Assembly (NCBI RefSeq): GCF_030028105.1
Contig: NC_092370.1
Coordinates: 65,645,638 to 65,709,637, forward strand
Reading direction: 5' to 3'
Source of the DNA: Mobula birostris
Taxonomy: Eukaryota
Length of the DNA: 64,000 bases
Shown: in pieces, positions 35,969-47,349 of the stretch
Position numbering within the stretch: the stretch's first letter is position 1
Layout of the letters: every line of letters starts with the position of its first letter
Notes under the pieces: model-generated
The model's input: only the letters and a program-made list of their open reading frames with translations
The model's database searches: none
Told to the model about the DNA's origin: nothing
Translations under genes and position numbers: made by a program

Positions 35969-36348
35969 TATACCTACTTTGATAATAAATTTACTTTGAA
36001 ATTTGAAATTCTTTCCATTCTTGTAAGGTCATCAGTATGCTTCTGCACTGAATGCATCTGAAGATAAGAAAGAAAGCAATCTTTATCCATGCTTGGTGGA
36101 TAGATTTTGATGCCCACCTTATAATGAGCACCCAGACTTCAAAGAAGCCTGTCTTTGGCTGCTTTGGTGAGCTTTGAACTAATATCAAACCTAAACCTCA
36201 AAATCTAGCCTGAAGGCAAAGTCAAAAGTCTAATTCTCAAGATCAGCTCTTCAGTCACTAATTCCCTTATGTATGGCCCTTTCTCTGTAGATGTGCAGCA
36301 CAGAACTCCCAAGTTGCTGGGTAACATCAAATGATCATTTCAAAAGAA

Positions 36349-36380
36349 CTGATGAAAGGTCATCAGCTTGAAATATTGAC
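36349..36380 (+). other. Isolated decayed hammerhead motif of the Penelope repeat
   Basis: CTGATGA-AAGGTCATCAGCTT-GAAA-TATTGAC. Confidence 0.45.
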
Positions 36381-37123
36381 ATTTATATTTTAATTTAATT
36401 CAGAGACAGCATTTTACTTCCACAAAGAAGGTATATGCACTTATATATTTTTTTCAAGACAGACATAACATCAGGATTTCAGTGTAGAGGTTCAAGATTC
36501 ACAATTTTTTAATGTCCTTTCCAGTACACAGGTGTAATGAAGAACATAATAATTGTTACTCTGGATCTACTACAACACAAAAAAATCATAATAAAATAAG
36601 GAACACAATAATAAAAAGCACAAAAAATATAAATACATGAGATAGCTTATATACATAGATTGATTTTATGTCCATAATAGATCAGGAATGTCTGTACATA
36701 AAGTGACTGACAGAAAAAGGTAAAGTTGTGCTGGTGGGAGGTGTAACAATATGGGTTAGTGTTGGAGGGCTTGATCAGCTTTACTGCTTAGGGAAAGTAA
36801 CCATTTTGAGTCTGATAGACCTGGCATGGCCTCTTCCCTGATGGGAGTGGAACAAACATTCCATGAGCAGGGTGCTTGGGATTCTTCATGATATTAGTGG
36901 TCCTTTTTCCAGTACCTTTCTTTATACATGTCCTTGAAGGCAGGTAGGTTGGTGCTACTGATGCATTGTTCAGTTTTGATAACCCGTTGTAAAACCTTCC
37001 TGTCTGCCATAGTGCAGCTTCTGTACCATACATTGATACAGAATTTAGGATGCTGTCTACCGCAGAACTGTACAATGACATGTGTATAGGTGTGCATCGT
37101 CCAAATCTCTTCAGTCTCCTTAG

Positions 37124-38015
37124 TGTCACGTGACCGGCAACAATGAATATATCAATCGAGTCAGGTTTTATAAACAAATAAACATTTATTAAACTCTGCT
37201 CAATATTAGTAAACAGATAAACAAACGAAAACCTTAACCAGAAATAGACTGCTACGCGGCCATTTAACAAACCGCCAAAAGTACTAGTTCTTAAAGCAGT
37301 AAATGCGAACACAGTCTTAAAGTGGTAAATTAGAACACAGTTCTTAGAATGGTAAATTTGAAAGTCCAAGAGATTTATACAGTCAATTAGGAGAGACTTT
37401 CCTGAAGTAAAGAATTCCAAGAAGACTTGACGTTACTGCTGATCCCATCCGGAACCTGCCTTGTCCACAGGATTCACGACGACGGAAATAAAACGGTTTA
37501 AAGGAACTGACCTTTTCCTCTGTAGAATATACACTGCACAACCTTTTCTGCTTTAGCAGAGGTTATCTCATGCAGATCACTCTTTCTTGAACGAAGATTC
37601 AATAATGGTCGATCCTCTCCAATACCGCCGAACGATATCAGCTTTACTTGACTCCTTCAGGTTCCATACCTTAGTAATGTCCTCACTCTCCAATACTACT
37701 GAAAAGGTACACCAACAAAGCTGGCAGCTACTGTTAAAACTGCCAGCCCAACACTTCTGTACCTTACAATAGAAAGTAAAACTCCGTTCTAAAATTAAAC
37801 TGCATCATGGGACAAATATGCAGCATTTGTGGAGTATCAGACTAACGATTTAAACTGAAACTAACTGCATCACCAGGAGTCTACCCTTATGTACCTGGTG
37901 AGAACTGGTCATCATGTGACCTCACATCGGCGGGAAAATTACATCATGTGACCTCCACAAGCCCATTACATCATCCTCAAAAGACAGTCACAAGATATCC
38001 ATAAGGTATGTAACA
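37124..38015 (-). repeat. 3' LTR of element 2 (892 bp)
   Basis: 37300-38015 is a direct repeat of 43047-43760; PPT GGAGGAAGG (minus) at 38024-38016 abuts it. Confidence 0.95.
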
Positions 38016-38887
38016 CCTTCCTCCAAAAAAAGAAATTTTGGTCCTTTTAGGAGCAAAATTTTAACAATTAACTATTTACCAAAAAAATACAAATGTATAA
38101 AATTTACAACATACACAGTATACACAGTATTATCATACAGCATTTTGCAAACTAATATACAGTAGGATTGTTACAAAGGTTAAAATACCACTCCATAAAA
38201 AATTTACATTGTGCATTTAACATCTAGATAGACAATCAGAAATCACATTCCCTTTACCTTTAATACGAGTTATCAAAATATTATACTCCTGTAACATCAA
38301 ACTTCAATTTAGTAATCTTCTATTTTTGTTTTTCATCTTATTCAAAAACACTAACAGATTATGATCGGTGTAAACTATGAGTGGTTTCTGAGTGATACCA
38401 ACATACACTTCAAAATGTTGTAAAGCCAAAACAAGAGATAATAATTCCTTTTCTATAGTTGAATAATTTCTTTGATGGGTATTAAATTTCTTAGAAAAGA
38501 AAGCTAGCAGACAATCAACTTCATCATCCTCATCCCTTTGAAGTAACACTGCTCCTACAGCTTCATCACTAGCATCTACAGCTACTGAAAATGCTTTTTC
38601 AAAGTCAGGGGATTTGAGCACAGGTTGACTACATATTATAGTTTTCAATTTATCAAATGCTTCCTGACAAGGTTCTGTCCAAACAAACTTTTCATTTTTC
38701 TTCAAGAGGTTAGTTGATGGAAGAGCAATGTTCACAAAATGTTCACAAAATTCTTACAAAATTTTCAGTAATATCCTACCATACCCAAGAATCTTCTGAG
38801 AGTTTTCTTACTAGTTGGAGTGGGTACTTCTAAAATTGCCTGAACAGGAGCTAATTTTCCTTGACCCACAACATAACCAAGGTAGGT

Positions 38888-39113
38888 TACCATGGCATGA
38901 CCAAATTCACTTTTAGCTAAGTTAACAGTTAAGTTAGCTTTTGAAAGAGTCTCAAATAGTTTCTCCACTATTAGCAGGAATATGTGCTTTCCAAGTATTA
39001 TACCATGGCATGACCAAATTCACTTTTAGCTAAGTTAATAGTTAAGTTAGCTTTTGAAAGAGTCTCAAATAGTTTCTCCACTATTAGCAGGAATATGTGC
39101 TTTCCAAGTATTA
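38888..39113. repeat. 113-bp tandem duplication inside RT
   Basis: 38888-39000 and 39001-39113 are identical except one base (aacagtt/aatagtt). Confidence 0.95.
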
Positions 39114-40647
39114 TTTCCTGTAAATAAATCATCAATATAGGCATCTGTATCTTTTAACCCATGAATCGTACTATTAATCATCCTCTGGAAAGTACCTGGT
39201 GCATTCCTCATCCCAAATGGAAGAACATTATATTCATATAACCCAGATGGGGGTTACCAATGCAGAAATCTCCCTACCTCTATCTGTCAATGGAACACAC
39301 CAATAACCTTTTAACAAATCAATCTTTGTCAGGAAGTTTGCTTGTCCAACTTTATCCACACAATCATCCACCCTAGGGATTGGATATGCATCAATTTTTG
39401 TCACAGCATTCACCTTCCTGTAATCTGTACAAAACCTAATATTATTATCTACCTTAGGCACCATAACACACAATGAACTCCAATTCAAATTAGAAGGTCT
39501 AATAATATTATTCTCTAACATATACTTAATTTCTTGTTCAGCAAGTTCACATTTTTCCCTGTTCATCTGATACAGATGTTGTTTTATAGGTTTTCAGTCT
39601 CCGACATCTACATCATGTGAAGCTACAGTGGTTCTTCTAGGAACGTCTGGAAATAAATCCCTATATTTAAAGATTAACTGTTTCATCTGTTCTCTCTGCT
39701 CTGGCTGTAAATGAGCTAATTTCTCTTCAGTATTTTCCAGAATTGTTGAAGTTGATAACCTGGCTGAAATAATGTTGGGTTTAAAATGAGTTTCAGATGA
39801 ATCATCCATTAAGTTTTTAGAAAGACCAGACTCATTATTGACCACAACAGTCATAGTAGCAGCCTCTATCTCATCATACAGTTTTATCATATTTATATGA
39901 CACAGCTGTGTTGGCTTTCTTCGATCTGGGGTTGTTATCACATAATCCACATCATTTACTTTAGATTTAATCTCATAAGCACCATGAAATTTAGCTTGTA
40001 ATGGTTTGTTTGCACCAGGAAAAGAACCAACACCTTACCAACAGGCTTAAATGACCTCATTCTAGCTTCCTTATCATACCAAGTTTTCATCTTCTCCTGA
40101 GCCAATTTTAACTTTTCCTTAGCTCAGGTACAAGCTTTACATAATTTTTCCTTGAATTTTAAAACATAATCCAGCAAATTAGTGTGTACCTCTTTATTAA
40201 TCCACTGTTCTTTCAACAAGGCCAAAGGTACTCAAACTCTATGCCCAAACACAAGTTCAAAAGGACTAAAGCCTAATAATTCCTGTACTGCCTCCCGTAC
40301 TGCAAAAAAGTAGTAAATATACGCCTTCATCCCAATCCTTTTCTTTTTCCACACAATACGTCGTAATCATATTTTTGAGGGTAGAATGGAATCTCTCCAA
40401 GGCTCCTTGCAATTCTGGATGATATGCAGATGAGGTAATCTGTTTTGCTCCCAGTTTATAAACTATCTGCTGAAACAATCCAGACATAAAATTACTACCT
40501 TGATCCGATTGTATTTCCTTAGGCAACCCAAAATAAGTAATGAATTTTATAAGAGCCTTTGTCACAGTTTTGGCTGTTATATTCCTAAGAGTTATTGCCT
40601 CTGGTAACCTAGATGCTGTGCACATGATGGTCAGCACATATTGATGT

Positions 40648-41565
40648 TGTCATGTACCCCATGACGGGTTAAAGAACCAGCAGAGATGGAAAACACTTTG
40701 GAGTCCAGTATTGGTATTAAATAATAATAATATTTATTTGTAACTACGCAATACAGTAATATAAAATCAAATATATAAAACAGGTTAGCAATGATTATAT
40801 ATAAGTAAGTATATCAGTAATTGTGGAAATATATGAAAATCAAGCTTCTTCAAGTCTAGGGGTAAAAAGATACAGTCTTACGATGATGAGTAAAGTTCAG
40901 TTCAGTTCGTGGTATTGAGTTGAGTAGTGATGGAGAGAGAGGGGGGAGAGATTTGAGTCTTCAATTGAGCTGACCCCGTCAATCTTCTCGTTGTCCTCTG
41001 AAATTCTTTAAAAGTCACCGACTATTGACCACAACAAAGGGGACACTTTTTCTGTGGTGGAGCTATCAATCCAGGCAAGGGTGGACACATGGACAACTCC
41101 CCACCGGTCACTCCTTTTCCTCACTGCAAGAACCACTGATCAATCCACCTGATCGATTCTCCAAAAAAGAACACCTTTTCTGCGAGCACAACAAAGCTTA
41201 TTCAGTGTCCAAAAACATGTGCCTGAGGTCTATGTCATCTGACCTCCTACTTATCTCACCGTACTGAGTACCAACTGTCATTCAAGTAATTCCTCCTTCC
41301 TGTTTCTGTGTAAGAAATGTACAAGCAGGCAAATGTTCTTGGAAGTATAAACAAGCTGCCGAAAAATCATAACATCGGTTTTCCAGCAAATAACGCTGCC
41401 CTCAGTCACCATAGCGACTTACAAGCTGCTCGGTGCCCTCTCTCTCTCCAACTCAGCAGAAATCCAAAAGTTCCTCATGCCTTAAAGTGACAGTCAAAAA
41501 GTTAGTCTTCGTCTCTCTCTCTCTCTTTCTTTCTCTCTCTCTTTTCAAAACAACATGGTGTTAAA

Positions 41566-41603
<38 letters not shown>

Positions 41604-41667
41604 CAAAACCACAGTTCATAGGGATAATCGAGCACAGTTCATAGGGGTAATTCAGGACCCCGTCACA
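40648..41667 (-). mobile_element. Solo LTR (1020 bp) inserted in the integrase of element 2, 4-bp TSD ATGT
   Basis: TG...CA ends; ATGT at 40644-40647 and 41668-41671; removal restores KTGHQYVLTIMC; (CT)n at ~41512-41600. Confidence 0.92.
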
Positions 41668-43046
41668 ATGTCCAGTTTTATTTTTTTGCAATGGGCCTAC
41701 ACAATCTATAATAATTTTGGAAAACAGCTCACCAAATGCTGGAATCGGTTGCAGTAGGGCCACTGGAGTAACTTGATTAGGTTTACCCACAATTTGACAT
41801 GTATGACATGTTCTGCAAAATGTCATCACATCTTTTCTTAAACTAGGATAGTAAAAATGTTTAGAAACCTTGTTCATAGTTTTCTTTACACCTAGATGGC
41901 CACCCAAAGGCATACTATGAGCCATAGTTAAAATCTCATTTTGATAAACTTTAGGAACTACTACCTGGTGATTAACTTACCATTCCTCACTTGCAGGAAT
42001 TGTAGGTGATCTCCACTTTCTCATTAATACTCCCTTTTCAAAATAATATCCTGATGCCACTTTCTCAATCTCACTATCTGGAAGAGCTTGTTCCTTTAAT
42101 TTGACCATTTCAGGATCTCTAACCTGCTCTGCTATCATCTCCTTCTGAGATAAAGATAAATCTTCATGGTCAGACTTACTACCAAAATCCTGATCAAATA
42201 GTGAACGTAAGAAAGTTTCTGACACATCCTCAAAATTCACATCCCAAGTTTAACAGTCATGGGTAACAACCTCAGCCTCTACTTCAGTCTTTTTAGCCAT
42301 AGCTCGGGTTACTACACAGGAAAAATCTGTGTTAGAATCCCTCTGAGGTTTCTCAGAAATAGGCTTTATTGTCAAATGCACTTCAGGAAAAACTCGTCCA
42401 TCTGCTAAGTAATTCCCTAATAAAAGAGAAACATCATTCATGGGTAAACTGGGTTGTAGTCCTACTTTAAAAGCCTCTGTAACTAACCCTGACCTTAAAT
42501 TTACTCTATGCAAATGTACCAGCATAAGGACACTCCCAACTCCTCTTATATAGTTTACCTCAACAATGTCAGACTCATCACTAAACTTTAGAACACTGTC
42601 TAACATTAGTGATTGGGAAGCTCCAGTATCTCTAAAGATTCTTATTGGTACTGGATTGGATCCCTGTTTCAAGGATACAAATCCCTCGGTTATAAAGTGT
42701 TCATATCCCCTCTTAACTTGGTCAGACTCTGACAAAACTTCATTGGTATTTATCAAACTCTGTGGATTTACAGGTGTTTCAGTATGCTGCACACAAGCAT
42801 CTGGTACTGCTTCCTTCTCTTTCTTTTTCAATTGAAAACAGTTAGCTATTACATGTCCAGGTTTCACAATAATTACAAATAAAACCAAAATGTCTTTCCT
42901 TCACGCCTCCCTTCATCCTTACCTTTCTTACTAAGTTCAGATTTAATTTCTGGTTTACCTTGACTCTCTGCGCTATTTTTCCTTTTAAAAAAGTCCTACC
43001 TGGAGAAAATTTATTCTTATGAATTAAAGCATACTCATCAGCTAAT

Positions 43047-43760
43047 TAAATGTGAACACAGTCTTAAAGTGGTAAATTAGGACATAGTTCTTAGAATGGT
43101 AAATTTGAAAGTCCAAGAGATTTATACTGTCAATTAGGAGAGACTTTCCTGAAGTAAAGAATTCCAAGAAGACTTGACGTTACTGCTGATCCCATCCGGA
43201 ACCTGCCTTGTCCACATGATTCAGGATGACGGAAATAAAACGGCTTAAAGGAACTGACCTTTTCCTCTGTAGAATACACACTGCACAACTTTTCTGCTTT
43301 AGCAGAGGTTATCTCATGCAGATCACTCTTTCTTGAACGAAGATTCAATAATGGTCGATCCTCTCCAATACCGCCGAACGATATTAGCTTTACTCAACTC
43401 CTTCAGATTCCGTACCTTAGTAATGTCTTCACTCTCCAATACTACTGAAAAGGTACACCAACAAAGCCGGCAGCTATTGTTGAAACTGCCAGCCCAACAC
43501 TTCTGTACCTTAAAATAGAAAGTAAAGCTCCGTTCTAAAATTAAACTGCATTATGGGACAAATATGCAGCATTTGTGGAGTATCTGACTGATGATTTAAA
43601 TTGAAACTAACTGTGTCACCAGGGGTCTACCCTTATATACCTGGAGAGAACAGGTCATCACGTAACCTCACATCGGTAGGAAAATTGCATCTGTGACCTC
43701 TGTAAGACCATTATATCACCCTCATAAGACAGTCACAAGATATCCATGAGGTATGTAACA
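43047..43760 (-). repeat. Truncated 5' LTR of element 2
   Basis: Matches 37300-38015 only; TATA box TATATAAG (minus) near 43632-43639; joined directly to mid-gag. Confidence 0.93.
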
Positions 43761-44229
43761 TTAGAAAGTAGAGGCATTGTGTACTTTCCTGATTGTATGC
43801 AATGTGTTCTAAGACCACGAAAGGTAGTGTGGGTTGTGCTCTCGCAGGCGTTTGAAGCTGCTCACAGTTTCACTGCTGTGCTGCCAATCTAAAGAAGGAT
43901 GAGCGTGCTGTGAGTTCTCCTGAAGTCAATAACCATCTCCTTTGTTTTGTTGATATTGAGGAAGAGGTAATTTTCCTGCTACCAAATCTCTGTAAACCGC
44001 CTCGTCGTTTTTGGTAATGAGTCCTACCACTGTTGTGGTATCGGCAAGCTTGACAATGTGATCATTTGTGTGCTTGGCTGTGCCATCATGTGTAAGCAAA
44101 GTGTATAGCAATGGGCTCAGCACACAGTGCTTAGCAAATACACGTGTTTTAAGTTATGGGAAGTGGAAGGGGTATGATATGCAGACCAAAATGTCAAGGT
44201 TAAAATTTTGTTATACAATTGGATTTGAA

Positions 44230-44553
44230 GATTCCCTTAGCATTATTGTTAATTTGTACATAGAAATATTGAAACATCAAGCAAAATCTATAATTTACAT
44301 CGACAACCAACACAGGCCAAGCACATCCTGAGGCAATCTCCAAGTGTCCCCACTTTCCGCCACCAACGTAGCTCGCCCGCGACTTTCTAACCCTAACCAT
44401 TATGTCTCTGGAATGTGGGAGGAAATCAGAGAAAGCTGAGGAAACACACGTGGTCACAAGGAAAACATAGAACTTCATTAGAGAAAGCAGAGGGAATCGA
44501 ACTCTAATTGTTGGCACTGTAAAATATGCACTATCCACTATGCTACTGTGCCA
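44230..44553 (-). mobile_element. tRNA-derived V-SINE (HE1-like)
   Basis: Minus strand A-box-like GGCACAGTAGCATAGTGG, B box GTTCGATTCC, V-domain phrase GTTTCCTC...TTTCCTCCCACATTCC. Confidence 0.75.
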
Positions 44554-44785
44554 CGCAGCTTTCTCTCCTCCTCTCCAAAATCCACCAATTCCATACAAAG
44601 AGAAAAATAAGACATATTCAAGCAAAGAGAAGCAAACACTTCTAACGTAGGGAAGTAGAGAGATTATCTGAAATAGTTAAATTCGATAGTAAATACCTAT
44701 CATAAATTACAAGTTACGAAGTTTTGAACATTTCTGTGGTACCCATGGAGCATACTTCCAGCATTAAGGACAAGTAATTAGGAGC

Positions 44786-45230
44786 ATGATAAGATGTAGA
44801 AGCAGAATAAGACCATTCAGCCCATAGTCATTTCTCTACCATTCAAACATGACTTTTTGTTTTCAAACCCATTTTCCTGCCTTCTCTGCACAAACTTAAC
44901 CCTCTTACCTATATAGAAACAAACAATTTTTGCCATAAATACACCCAATAACTTGGCTTTCACAACCGTCTGTGGCAAAAAACAAATTCCATAGATTCAC
45001 CCCCCTCTTGCTGAAGAAATTCTTCCTCCTCTCAGTTCCAAAAGGACATCACTTTATTCTGAGGTGACAGTTTCCTACAAAAGGAAACATCTTCTCCATG
45101 CCCACTCTATCAAGACCTTTCAGATTCCAGTAAGTATCAATGAGATTGTCCTTTGTCCTTCCGAACTCCATACAGTCCCAGAGACAAACATTCCTTGTCC
45201 ATCAATAGAGGAAGAAGCAACAGCACACGC
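44786..45230 (-). mobile_element. CR1 LINE 3' fragment
   Basis: Reverse-complement CR1 tail and aaattccatagattcacc...gaagaaattcttcctc motif. Confidence 0.75.
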
Positions 45231-45351
45231 AGTTATGGCAAGGTCTGTACCTGTACACCATCGCAGACTTCAAAGCTAAACGCAGTGGAGTTTCCAACAT
45301 TGTTGCCTCTCTCCCAGAACAGCTAAAACTTTTTTACCCTCAATTTGATGT

Positions 45352-46926
45352 TGCCAACACTGATGAGCCCGAGAGGAAGGCTGATGTGACCCACAGCTTT
45401 GTCATCTCTGAGGCTAAAGTATGCAGGTGTTTTCCGCGAGTGGACAGTCATAAAACTGTGGGACCGGATGTCATCCCAGGGCAGGTACTCAGAGTGTGCA
45501 TGGCACAACTGACTGGTGTGCTTACAGGCATTTTTAATCTCTCCCTCTCCCAGTGTAGAGTGCCCTCCTGCTTCAAAACATCCACCATTGTTCCTGTACC
45601 AATAAAGACCAAGGTAACGTATCTGAATGGCTGGCGTCCTGTCGCACTCAACTCTATAATAAGCAAATGCTGTGAGGAGCTGCTCAAGGACTACATCTGC
45701 AGCATGCTACCACCACCCTGCACCCCTTACAATTCACTTACCAACACAACCAACCAACAGATGATGCAATAGCCACAGCTCTTCACACCGTTCTTACACA
45801 CCTGGAGAAGAGGGATGCTTATGTGAGAACCTGTTCTTGGACTACAGTCCAGCCAAATCCTTAATTCCCTCCTGGCTCGACAAGAAGCTCAGAGACCTTG
45901 GCCTTCACCCTGCCTTGTGCAGCTTGATCCTGGACTTCCTGTCAGATCGCCAGCAGGTGGTAAGAATGGGGTCCCTCACCTCTGCCCCTCTGACCCTCAA
46001 CACACGTGCCCCTCAGGGCTTTGTCCTAAGCGCCCTCCTTTACCCTCTATATACCCTTTACTGTGTCGCCACCCATAGCTCCAATCTGCTAATTAAATTT
46101 GCTAACAACACTATACTGATTGGCCTAATCTCAGATAATAGTGAGACAGCCTGCAGAAAAGAAGTCATCACACTGACACAATGGTGTCAAGAAAACAACC
46201 TCTCCCTCAATGTCACAGAAACAAAAGAGCTGGTTGTGGACTACAGGAGGAAGGGAGACAGACTAACACCTATTGACATCAATAGATCTGGGGTTGAGAG
46301 GGTGAACAGCTTTAAACTCCTCAGCATAAACATCGCTGAGGGTCACACCTGGTGTGTACGTACCAGCTGTGTGGTGATAAAAGCATAATAGCCCCTCTTT
46401 CACCTCAGATGGTTGAAGAAGTTTGGCATGTGCCCCCAAATCCTAAAAACTTTCCGCAGGGCACAATTGAAAGCATACTGACTGGCTGCATCACTGCCTG
46501 GTATGAGAACTGTACTTCCCTCAATGCAGAGAGTGGTGCGGACAGCCCAGCGCATCTGTAGATGTGAACTTCCCACTATTCAGGACATTTACAAAGACAG
46601 GTGTGCAAAAAGGGCCTGAAGGATCATTGGGGACCTGAGTCACCCCAATCACAAACAGTTCCAGCTGCTACCATCCGGGAAACGGTACTGCAGCATAAAA
46701 GCCAGGACCAGCAGGCTCCAGGTTAGCTTCTTTCACCAGGTCATCAACCTGATTAATTCATGCTGATACAATTGTATTTCTATGTTATATTGACTGTCCT
46801 GTTGTACATACTATTTATTATAAGTTTTTATAAATTGCACATTGCACATTTAGATGGAGACTTAACGTAAAGATTTTCACTCCTCATGTAAATGAAGGAT
46901 GTAAGAAATAAAGTCAATTCAATTCA
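45352..46926 (+). mobile_element. Rex1/Babar LINE, RT domain plus 3'UTR, disrupted
   Basis: GPDVIPG...FNLSL...WRPVAL, APQGFVLSALLY, IKFANNT, ETKELVVDYR; aataaagtcaattcaattca tail. Confidence 0.9.
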
Positions 46927-47349
46927 CTATAATGGATAATTTTTTGCCTTTTTCATATCTGGAATAAAAGTAATACCTGTTCATTAAGATACTTATTGTA
47001 ACACATCATCCTTTATCACTTTTTACTGCAGAAGACATAGAATATAAAATTTTGCATCTTTACAAGGCACTGGTGAAAGTGTACAATTTTGATCTGCATG
47101 TTTAAGTAAGAATCTACTGCACTGAAAATTAGTAAATTGCACATTGAAAATATAAAATAAAGTTAGAAATACTGGAAACAATCAGCAGTCAACACAAGAA
47201 AAGCAGTTTCTTGTCAAAGATTATTCATCAGAACTTGAAAAGTGAATAAAACAAATTAGCTTTAGTTCCAGACAAGTGGGGGAGGGTTAGAAACCATAAG
47301 GGCTAAGGAAATATCTCTGATAGGGTGAAACTTAATAAATCTGCTTAAT

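Larger units (their letters stand above)
38217..43046 (-). pseudogene. gag C-terminus/pol relic of element 2
   Basis: LADEYALIHK, CNYC..GHVIANC, RDTGASQSL, HHCC (AHSMPLGGH...CRTCHTC), DDE (IIDCVGP, SDQGSNF, GALER), RT YIDD at 39139-39128, RNase H VDAS/EKE/TDH; many frameshifts. Confidence 0.93.
37124..43760 (-). mobile_element. Gmr1-type Gypsy LTR retrotransposon (element 2), defective, 4-bp TSD TTAG
   Basis: TG...CA ends, TTAG at 37120-37123 and 43761-43764, paired LTRs, order gag-PR-IN-RT-RNase H on minus. Confidence 0.95.
36490..44130 (-). mobile_element. Rex1/Babar LINE 3' portion (36490-37123 and 43761-44130) split by Gypsy element 2
   Basis: Removing the insert restores LYFLRRLKRFG; LSPLLYTLLTHD and VKLADTTTVVGLI at 43926-44123. 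Confidence 0.85.

Noticed and set aside
36788-37420. 210-aa ORF; also the 264-aa ORF at 60525-61319 and the 149-aa ORF at 11900-12349
   Set aside because: Chance read-through across junctions between different repeats (LTR/Rex1, CR1/Penelope).
6333-43760. Elements 1 and 2 as a complementing pair (capsid-only plus pol-only)
   Set aside because: Their LTRs are unrelated, and element 2's pol has many frameshifts and a solo-LTR insertion; the complementarity is probably coincidental.
44480-44553. tRNA gene
   Set aside because: The A/B boxes belong to a SINE head; no cloverleaf.
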